Origin: Octopus sinensis
Taxonomy: Eukaryota
DNA length: 64,000 bases
Direction: 5' to 3'
NCBI RefSeq assembly: GCF_006345805.1
Contig: NW_021835963.1
Location: 124,001-188,000 of the forward strand
In this document: one piece after another, positions 54,785 through 64,000 of the stretch
Numbering within the stretch: position 1 is the first letter of the stretch
How the letters are laid out: each line of letters opens with the position of its first letter
Notes under the pieces: model-generated
Seen by the model: only the letters and a program-made list of their open reading frames with translations
Told to the model about the DNA's origin: nothing
The model's database searches: none
Translations under genes and position numbers: made by a program

Positions 54785-55028
54785 AACAACAAATGTTAAC
54801 AACAAACAAGATGAGGACAAATATCCGTCAAATGTAAATAATGTAAATAATCATCATCATCTTTTAACGTCCGCTTTCCATGCTAGCAAGGGTTATGATG
54901 TACATAATTCCTCATCTCTTAAATATAGAACTGTATGTTTTCATTATTTTCAAAATAAATTACAACAAAGGTAGTGTGTTTCAACAAGAATATAATAAGA
55001 TAAAATAAAAGTGGGGTTAAACACTGAC

Positions 55029-55086
55029 CGAGGAGCATTTGAGTAGGCTGCAGGGTCCATCGGGTCAAGATTAGACGGGCCACGAG
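55029..55086 (-). CDS. PQBP1: PQBP1 exon (RGPSNLDPMDPAAYSNAPR)
   Basis: Acceptor ccacag, donor gtcagt; LDPMDP motif. Confidence 0.92.
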
Positions 55087-55174
55087 CTGTGGAAGAAATA
55101 TCAAGATAATATTGTTAAATGTTTTAAGTGAGAGAGGAAAAACAAAACAAAAAAATGAGAACTAATTAATTAGC

Positions 55175-55385
55175 ATCATCATCATCATCATCATCATCAT
55201 TTAACGTCCGTTTTCCATGCTGGCATGGGTTGGACAGTTTGACTGAGGGCCAGCGAGCCAGAAGGCTGCACCAGACTCCAGTCTGATCTGGCAGGGTTTC
55301 TACAGCTGGATACCCTTCCTAACGCCAAACCACTCCGAGAGTGTAGTGGGTGCTGTTTATGTGCCACCGCCACGGGAGCCACCCT
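55175..55385 (-). mobile_element. RTE-tail SINE/LINE fragment family S5; also 52795-53030, 56380-56515, 60050-60250 and 63485-63695(+)
   Basis: Shared tail gcatggaaagcggacgttaaa(cga/tga)n. Confidence 0.75.
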
Positions 55386-55822
55386 AATAATAATAATAAT
55401 CCTTTCTACTATAGGCAGAAGGCCTATAATTTTAAGGGTGGGGACAAGTCGGTTACATCAACCCCAGTGTTTCACTGGTACTTGATTTATCAACACCAAA
55501 AAGATGAAAGGCAAAGTCGACCTCAGCAGAATTTGAACCGAGAACATAAAAGATGACTGAAATGTTGTGAAGCATTTTGCCCAGCGTGCTAACAACTGCC
55601 AGCTTGCCTCAATAATAATAATAATAATGGTGGTGGTGGTGGTGGTGGTGGTGATGATAGAAACAAAAGAAGAGTGCAACTGTTATCAAATGAACAATAT
55701 TTTGACACCTCATGTGTCTTTAATTCCTGGAGGAGTAACATCAATCCTAAATTAATTAATTAATTAATTAATTAATTAATTATTTATTATTATTATTATT
55801 ATTAATAATAATAATAATAATT

Positions 55823-55859
<37 letters not shown>

Positions 55860-55864
55860 TTAGT

Positions 55865-55990
55865 AGGAGCTGCAATAAGGGTGGAGCACTTGCAGAAAAC
55901 AGCACTGCTTGGAACTGCTCGAACACTCTGGAAGGTGCTCAACAGCTGACACTGTAGTACATCTCCAGCGTTAGAAGCTGTGCAAAGGCA
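55865..55990 (+). mobile_element. R4/Dong-like 3' end of a second family, in (AAT)n
   Basis: AAIRVEHLQKTALLGTARTLWKVL then short UTR and aataataat. Confidence 0.6.
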
Positions 55991-56254
55991 ATAATAATGA
56001 TAACAGTAATAATTACCCTTTCTACTATAGGCACATAAAATGATATTTGGGGGAGTGGGATAGACAATTACATCAACTCCAGTGTATAACTGGTACTTAA
56101 TTTATTTATTGACCCTGAAAGGATGAAAGGCAACCTCAGAATGTAAAGATGGAGGGAATGCCACGAAGCATACTGCTTAATGTGCTAACAATTTTGCCAG
56201 CTCTCCACCTTACAATAACAACAAGAACAACATCAATATGGTTAAATGTCTCAC

Positions 56255-56351
56255 ATCTGGAATTTTTCTTGTTGTTCCTCTCAACTTTCTGTCTTTGTTC
56301 CTCTTCTGAAGAATCTTCGTCCAATTCAGATCCACTCAGATCCTCTTCCTC
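56255..56351 (-). CDS. PQBP1: PQBP1 exon, acidic/basic linker (EEEDLSGSELDEDSSEEEQRQKVERNNKKNSR)
   Basis: Acceptor cttcag, donor gtgaga; phase 0 to 1. Confidence 0.85.
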
Positions 56352-56887
56352 CTGAAGAAGAAAAATATAAATGTTAATCATCATCATCGTTTAACGTCCG
56401 CTTTCCATGCTGGCATGGGTTGGACGGTTTGGCCGGGGTCTGGGAAGCCAGGGCTGCACCAAGCTCCAGTCTGATCTGGCGGTGTTTCTACAGCTGGATG
56501 CCCTTCCTAACACCAGACAAAAACCTCATCACTGAATCAATCTCAAGTAATTTTCAGAAGGGAATATTTATTTCTTCTTTAATAGTATCATTAGAAAGAG
56601 CAGTGCCCACGACATCTTTCAAAGGCTGTCAACAGTGGCTGGTGCAGGGGAAAAGAAAAACAAAGGAGCCAGAAACCACAGCTCATTAGGCAGTTTGATA
56701 CCCCCCCCCCATCTGGCCCCTTGGATGCTTTTAGCAGAGAGGTGCACTCAGTTACAAGCATTTGAACCAGGTTTCTGATTTAAGGATCTCTTCCTCCCAA
56801 AAGTCCCAGTGACACTATAAGGGGTGATGAACACTGCTGCAGATTGCCCATTAAAATGTTGTGTTACCTCAAACCAGAGTGAAGTCC

Positions 56888-57862
56888 TTAAACCCTTTCG
56901 ATACCAACCCGGCTGAAACCACCTCTGACTTTGTAGTACAAATGTCTTGCTTTCCAAAGTTTTGAATTAAAATCTTTCACCAAACCTTAGTCACAATTTA
57001 TATTCCTAACACTAGCTTAATGATAATTAAGTTATTTTACTAAATTCTTTGTTATATTTAAAATTAATTGAAAGGGACACAGAGCACTCAACAGAAATAC
57101 GGTAACAAAAGGGTTAAGGAAAATAATCAGCAGAAGACATAAGAGAAGGAGACCTCAGTGTGGTCACTCTATATGCTAGAAATAATAGCCTAAATTTCCT
57201 TCAATCCACACCCTTCCAACTGCTTCTAATGTGCATCTGCCCAAATGTAGAGGTGTATTTGACTCTTTTGATACCAACCCGGCTGAAACTGCCTCTGGCT
57301 CTGTAGTACAAATGTCTTGTTTCCATAGGTTTTGTATTAAAATCTTCCACCAATCCTTAGTCACAATTTATATTCCTAACACTAGCTTAATGATAATTAA
57401 GTTATTTTACTAAATTCTTTGTTATATTTAAAATTAATTGAAAGGGACACAGAGCATCTCAACAGAAATACGGTAACAAAAGGGTTAAGAAAAATAATCA
57501 GCAGAAGACATAAGAGAAGGAGACCTCAGTGTGGTCACTCTATATGCTAGAAATAATAGCCTAAATTTCCTTCAATCCACACCCTTCCAACTGCTTCTAA
57601 TGTGCATCTGCCCAAGTATAGAGGTGTGTTTAACCCTTTTGTTACCAACCCGGCTGAAACTACCTCTGGCTCTGTAGTACAAATGTCTGGTTTTCAAAAG
57701 ATCTGAATTAAAATCTTCCACCAAACCTTAGTCACAATTTATGTTCCTAACACTAGCTTAATGACAATAACCAAGTTATTTTACTAAATTCTGCGTTATA
57801 TTTAAAATTGATTGAAAGAAACACAGAGCATCTCAAAATAAGTACTGTACTGAAAGGGTTAA
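56888..57862. repeat. Tandem array of three piggyBac-like (TTAA) MITEs, ~370-bp period
   Basis: TTAA(a)CCCTTT..TACC ... GGTAACAAAAGGGTTAA; copies 56888-57117, 57259-57488, 57630-57862, separated by near-identical spacers. Confidence 0.85.
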
Positions 57863-57994
57863 GGGTACCCAAGGGTCGGTTAAACAGGGTCACAAATTAG
57901 GTTTATAAACCAAGAGGGCTAGAACAACTGGTGTAGTTTTAAGGAATGAAGGTCAAAGTGCAATGGGTTTAATGAGGAAATTGCTTGTACTTAC

Positions 57995-58062
57995 AACATC
58001 ACTGTCATTACCCATTCCATCTGAATCTATTCCAGACTTGGGAGGAGACGTTTTGTCTGTTT
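57995..58062 (-). CDS. PQBP1: PQBP1 exon (TDKTSPPKSGIDSDGMGNDSDV)
   Basis: Acceptor (t)n-cag, donor gtaagt; phases 1 to 0 link the neighbouring exons. Confidence 0.8.
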
Positions 58063-58778
58063 CTGAAAAAAAAAAAATAATAGAAGAGAATGTTCGTAAG
58101 GAGACATTGTTTTACAACACTAAAAAGTTTATGTTTTAAAACTCTTTTACTGGTTTCATTCACTGGAAAAGTGGTCATCCTGACCAGTAATTTCGGAGTG
58201 GCTGTGTGGTAAGTAGCTTGCTTACCAACCACATGGTTGCAGGTTCAGTCCCACTGCGTGGCATCTTGGGCAAGTGTCTTCTGCTATAGCCCCGGGCCGA
58301 CCAATGCCTTGTGAGTGGATTTGGTAGACGGAAACTGAAAGAAGCCTGTCGTATATATGTATATATATGTGTATGTGTGTCTGTGTTTGTCCCTCTAGCA
58401 TTGCTTGACAACCGATGCTGGTGTGTTTACGTCCCCGTCACTTAGCAGTTCGGCAAAAGAGACCGATAGAAAAAGTACTGGGCTTACAAAAGAATAAGTC
58501 CCGGGGTCGAGTTGCTCGACTAAAGGCGGTGCTCCAGCATGGCCGCAGTCAAATGATTGAAACAAGTAAAAGAGTAAAAGAGTAAAGTACAAATTTTACT
58601 GCTGCCCTCTGATAGCACGAGTCGGGGGCTAAACAATAAGAGCAACAATAGAAAGTGGCACAATCAGAAAACGAAGGTCGAGTCATGGCTGGAACGCCTT
58701 TTGATCAGAGATCCACTCAATCAGGACTAACCTTAGCAACCAAACAACAACAACAATGGGGTTTGAATATTTACTTAC

Positions 58779-58879
58779 CCAATGCTTTGCTTTCAGCAGC
58801 AATTATTCGAGCCTTTGGATGTAAGGGAGACAACCAGGACACCTGATCAGTTACTACGTTCCAATAGTAATATCGGTTG
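58779..58879 (-). CDS. PQBP1: PQBP1 exon (NRYYYWNVVTDQVSWLSPLHPKARII...)
   Basis: Acceptor tttcag, donor gtaagt; second half of the WW domain. Confidence 0.93.
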
Positions 58880-61439
58880 CTGAAAGCGAAAAGACACAAC
58901 ACTGTAATATATATATATATAATAATAATAATATTAGGGAGTATAACTCAAAACTTACAGGGAAAAATTCGATTTAGTATTAAATCAAATTTCACAGTAT
59001 AAATATATAAAATATGAATTAGAGATAAAACCACTATTAGGTAACTCAAACAGTGATAGACATAAACCAATACATAAATAACAAATAATATATATATATC
59101 ACCGTGACCGACCAGGCTATCAGATGTTGTTACACATCGCTGGTCACAATGTGCTTCTCATTGTTTTAGCCTTCAAATGACGCCAACCTGCTGGCTAAGC
59201 GAGCAGGCCAACAGAAGAAGTGAGAGAAAGTGGCGAAAGAGTACAGCAGGGATCGCCACCACCCCCTGCCGGAGCCTCGTGGAGCTTTAGGTGTTTTCGC
59301 TCAATAAACACTCACAACGCCCGGTCTGGGAATCGAAACCGCGAGTCCGCTGCCCTAACCACTAGGCCATTGCGCCTCCATATATATATATATATATATA
59401 ATTTTTTTTTTTAAATATATAACTTAAAAGAAGATCTCAAAAAGTATAAAATGAAATATAAATATATAATATAATAAGTAAAAACACTATGTACACTTCA
59501 TGGCTAGAGTTAACTTCGAATTACAATTAAGTTTAAAGTCAATTGAAATTTTATATATATTATATCAAAAACGCGTATACAGTTAATTAGAGCCGGGTGG
59601 ATTCGTTATTTTTTCTCTTTACCTGCGTGAGTTGTTGAATATTGTTGTCTGGGAGATTTTCTTACAGTAGTGAAATAGTAGTTTAACTGCTATTTCTAAA
59701 TTTCGGTATGTGGTGAAGCAATTTTTGCTGAACCCCAATTATAATTATACTCATAATTATAAAAATTTTTGTACAAGTTTACCGATAATAGTTCTTTTAA
59801 CATACCAAACTACTTGGTAAAAACTACTGATTATTAATTAATTATTTAATTTTACCCTTTATTGTGAGGTATTATTAAGGAGAGAATTTCACACGAATGA
59901 TATCAGAATACCCATCAGTTGAAGGACATCGTTCAGAGAATGTTTGCAACAATTGCTTCGAAAAATATCACACAAGACATGGTGTCACATCATTTTGTGC
60001 CATGAAAATGATGGAGTTCATACAGACCTTCTCGATGTGTGACACCATCAATCATCATCATCATCATCATTTAACGTCTGCTTTCCATGCTAGCATGGGT
60101 TGGACGATTTTGACTGAGGGCTGGCGAACCAGATGGCTGCACCAGGCTCCAATCTTGATCTGGCAGAGTTTCTACAGCTGGATGCCCTTCCTAACGCCAA
60201 CCACTCTGAGAGTGTAATGGGTGTTTTTATGTGCCACCGGCACGAGGGTCAGTCAATGAAAGTGAATAAACTAAATCCAGTTTGTGCTTTGGATTACTGC
60301 ATTATTTGATCTTCTTTTGTCCTCGTTACATTTTAGTAGGGGGTAACAAGACTTTCAGACCACCCTGTAGAACTCAGAATTCAGAATGACAAAAGCTGTG
60401 AAGAATTTTGTTTCAGGTGCTAACAATTATTTCTTTATTGCCCACAAGGGGCTAAACATAGAAAGGGACAAACAAGGACAGACAAAGGGATTAAGTCGAT
60501 TACATTGACGCCAGTGCATAACTGGTACTTAATTTATCGACCCCAAAAGGATGAAAGGCAAAGTCAACCTCGGCGGAATTTGAACTCAGAATGTAGCGGC
60601 AGACAAAATACCTATTTCTTTACTACCCACAAGGGGCTAAACACAGAGAGGACAAACAAGGACAGACAAACGGATTAAGTTGATTATATCGACCCAGTGT
60701 GTAACTGGTACTTATTTAATCGACCCCGAAAGGATGAAAGGCAAAGTCGACCTCAGTGGAATTTGAACTCAGAACGTAACGGCAGACGAAATACCGCTAA
60801 GCATTTCACCCGGCGTGCTATCATTTCTGCCAGCTCACCACCCTCAAGTGCTAACAATTCCACCAACCTGCTGCCTTAGCAACAGTAAAAAATAATAGTG
60901 ACACCCAAGATAGATTACTATTTAATTCATGCTTCTGATCACATCAGACAAAGCAGTAACGCAGTAGAAGTTAATGCGAAAACCAAGCATTCAGCAATGT
61001 TGAGAAGAGGCGCAGGAGTGGCTGTGTGATAAGTAGCTTGCTTACCAACCAGATGGTCCCAGGTTCAGTCCCACTGCATGGCACCTTGGGCAAGTGTCTT
61101 CTACTATAGCCTGGGGCCGACCAAATCCTTGTGAGTGGATTTGGTAGACGGAAACTGAAAGAAGCCCATCGTATATATGTATATATATATGTGTGTGTGT
61201 TTCTGTGTCTGTGTTTGTCCCCCCAACATCGCTTGACAACCGATGCTGGTGTGTTTACGTCCCCGTAACTTAGCAGTTCGGCAAAAGAGACCGATAGAAT
61301 AAGTACTAGGCTTACAAAGAATAAGTCCTGAGGTCGATTTGCTCGACTAAAGGCGGTGCTCTAGCATGGCCACAGTCAAATGACTGAAGCAAGTCAAAGA
61401 GTAAAGAGAGTAACAATGTTGACAGTAAATAATACATAC

Positions 61440-61749
61440 GTGGCTTTATCTGGAATTTCTTGCCATCCTTCTGGAAGTGGATATTTCATCAGCATCCGTA
61501 ATCGGCGCCGTTCTGTTTCAGGGTCAGGTGTGAAAGTAATTTTGCCATACCGTTTAAGACAATATTCTGTGCACTTGTGATAAGGATTAGATTTGTTAGG
61601 GCATGCCACCTCATCCAAAGATTCTACTGTCTCCTCTTTCTTGGTGACCGGTTCCTCTTGTAACACTGCCGGCGCACCAACAGGGTCCATCATACTAAAG
61701 GGCTGTGTCGGTTCATCATAATCTTCAGCAAACACTTCCTCAACATCCT
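61440..61749 (-). CDS. PQBP1: PQBP1 exon (EEVFAEDYDE...CPNKSNPYHKCTEYC...YPLPEGWQEIPDKAT)
   Basis: Acceptor tttcag, donor gtatgt; conserved EEV.AEDYD motif and start of the WW domain. Confidence 0.93.
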
Positions 61750-62879
61750 CTGAAATAAAATTTGAAAATGCTCATGTCAGAAGGTGGTTGACAGGTAGAA
61801 CCATTAGAATATCAGACTAATACCAGACTAAATACCTTGAGGTGTTTATCCCAATTCTTTACATTCTGAGTTCAAATCCCACCCTGGTCAACCTGGCCCT
61901 TCATCAATATATATTTCTTTATTGCTCACAAGGGGCTAAACAAGGACAGACAAACGGATTAAGTCGATTATATCGACCCCAGTGCGTAACTGGTACTTAT
62001 TAATTCGACCCCGAAAGGATGAAAGACAAAGTTGACCTCGGCGGAATTTGAACTCAGAACGTAGCAGCAGATGAAATACCGCTAAGCATTTCGCCTGGTG
62101 TGCTAACGTTTCTGTCAGCTCACCGCCTTACCATATCAGACTAAATACCTTGAGGTGTTTATCCCAATTCTTTACGTTCTGAGTTCAAATCCCACCCTGG
62201 TCAACCTGGCCCTTCATCCCACCAGGCTCAATAAAATAAAAACTGGTGAAGTACTTCATCAATATATATTTCTTTATTGCTCACAAGGGGCTAAACATAA
62301 AGGGGACAAACAAGGACAGACAAATGGATTAAGTCGATTATATCGACCCCAGTGCATAACTGGTACTTATAAATTCGACTTCAGCGGAATTTGAGCTCAG
62401 AACGTAGTGGCAGATGAAATACCGCTAAGCATTTTGCCTGGCGCGCTAACGTTTCTGCCAGCTCGCCACCTTACCATATCAGATTAAATGCCTTGAGGTG
62501 TTTATCCTAATTCTTTACATTCTGAGTTCAAATCCCACCCTGGTCAACCCAGCCCTTCATCCCACCAGCCTCAATAAAATAAAAACAGGTGAAGTACTTC
62601 AACAATATAATTGGTGAGTTCCCTCACCTGAAAAATCGCTCACCTTGTATGGAAACTAGAAACAGTTATGACTATTATGAGGGCAAAGAACTGGCAGAGT
62701 TGTTAGCACAAAATGCTTGGTGGCATTTTTACCAGCTTTACACTTTGAGTTCAAATTTAGTCAAGGTCTACATGGCCTTTCATCCTTTTGGGGTCAATAT
62801 AAGAAGAACCAGTTAAGCATTGGGATTGATGAAATTGACCAATTCCCTTCTCCAAATTTAAGGCCTTCAACCTATAGTA

Positions 62880-63423
62880 TAGTGGTTCCCAACCTGAGGT
62901 CCGCAAAGGTAGCACTGGGAGTCCGTGAACTAAATTCAAAATTTCATATATATATATATATATATATAGGCGCAGGAGTGGCTGTGTGGTAAGTAGCTTG
63001 CTTACGAACTACATGGTTCGAGGTTCATTCTCACTGCGTGGCACCTTGGGCAAGTGTCTTCTACTATAGCCTCGGGCCGACCAAAGCCTTGTGAGTGGAT
63101 TTGGTAGATGGAAACTGAAAGAAGCCCATCATATGTATATATATATATCATCATCATCGTTTAGCGTCCGTTTTCCATATATTATATGTGTGTGTGTGTT
63201 TGTGTGTATATGTTTGTGTGTCTGTGTTTGTCCCCCAACACCACTTGACAACCGATGCTGGTCTGTTTACGTCCCCATAACTCAGCAGTTCGGCAAAAGA
63301 GACCGATAGAATAAGTACTTGGCTTACAGAGAATAAGTCCTAGGGTCGATGTGCTCGACTAAAGGCAGTGCTCCAGCATGGTCACAGTCAAATGACTGAA
63401 ACAAGTAAAAGAGTAAAAGAGAG

Positions 63424-63454
<31 letters not shown>

Positions 63455-63788
63455 TGCAAAAAGTACCATCCGAATGTGGCCAATGCCAGTAACTTGACTG
63501 GCCCCTATGCTGGTGGCACGTAAAAAGCACCCACTACATTCTCAGAGTGGTTGGCGTTAAGGGCATCCAGCTGTAGACATATTGCCAGATCAGGTAGGAG
63601 CCTGGTGCAGCCACTGGCTCTCCTGACCTCAGTCAAACTTTCCAACCCATACCAACATGGAAAATGGACGTTAAACACTGATGGTGTTGATGATGATACA
63701 TAAGGATAAGCATATTAAAAGGGGTCAGTAGGAATACTCATTTAAATAAAAGGGTTGGGAAGCACTGTGAAAAGGTTAGGAACTACTG
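62880..63788. mobile_element. hAT-type MITE with nested SINEs
   Basis: TIR-like tagtggttcccaacct / aggttaggaactactg; 8-bp flanks ctatagta / atatagta (7/8). Confidence 0.6.
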
Positions 63789-64000
63789 ATATAGTAGAAG
63801 GAATTATTAATTTGGCAAAAAAGGCAGTGAGCTGGTGGAACCATTAGCATGCCAGGCAAAATGCTTAGTAGTATTTTGTCTGCCACTCTGTCCTGGATTC
63901 AAATTCCACTGAGGTCAACTTTGCTTTTTATCCTCTCAGGGGTCAATAAATCAAGTACCAGTTGAGTACTGGGGTCGATGTAATCAACTTACCCCCTTCC

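Larger units (their letters stand above)
54381..54850. mobile_element. Palindromic element: two divergent tRNA-derived heads, each ending in a minimal hammerhead motif
   Basis: Arms 54381-54600 and 54610-54820 are reverse complements around tatgcccacgggcata; A/B boxes and CTGATGA..GAAAC motifs. Confidence 0.85.
53382..61749 (-). other. PQBP1: Gene span: polyglutamine-binding protein 1, 5'-partial, 6 exons visible
   Basis: Join complement(61440-61749,58779-58879,57995-58062,56255-56351,55029-55086,53382-53526). WW domain (PLPEGWQEIPDKATNRYYYWNVVTDQVSWLSP) and C-terminal [21 protein letters not shown]...[27 protein letters not shown] with the YxxPxxVL motif. All introns GT-AG. AATAAA at ~53322-53327. 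Confidence 0.95.

Noticed and set aside
61750-64000. PQBP1 first coding exon (expected MPLP..L..RL..RG-like start)
   Set aside because: No such sequence found on the minus strand in the window; presumed to lie beyond position 64000.

Overview
Repeat-dense animal genomic DNA. The SINE families, microsatellite load and gene content point to a coleoid cephalopod, most likely Octopus (inference). Three protein-coding loci are supported, all on the minus strand. (1) A complete 10-exon SLC22/organic-cation-transporter-like MFS gene (coding exons 32105 to 5349, 1701 nt, 566 aa), reconstructed by hand with GT-AG sites and consistent phases. (2) The first coding exon of a tandem paralogue (571-445) that continues off the left edge. 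(3) Six exons of PQBP1 (61749 to 53382), whose first exon is probably beyond the right edge. The rest is nested mobile DNA: at least five SINE-like families; CR1/Jockey-type, RTE and R4/Dong-type LINE remnants; hAT, hATm-like, Tc1/mariner and Chapaev-like transposon remnants; MITEs; a decayed Helitron RepHel and five non-autonomous Helitron-like copies. Three things stand out. First, a ~460-bp palindrome of two back-to-back tRNA-derived Pol III heads, each ending in a Penelope-type minimal hammerhead ribozyme motif (a second, unrelated hammerhead candidate lies at 20.65 kb). Second, a ~2.4-kb inverted duplication with arms 20 kb apart that brackets the first two SLC22 coding exons, carries arm-specific insertions and shows a step in identity suggestive of gene conversion. 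Third, a 3' hairpin shared between the LINE and the dominant SINE. Most short ORFs in the supplied track are microsatellite or SINE artefacts. All coordinates and identities were read by eye, with no alignment or database search.
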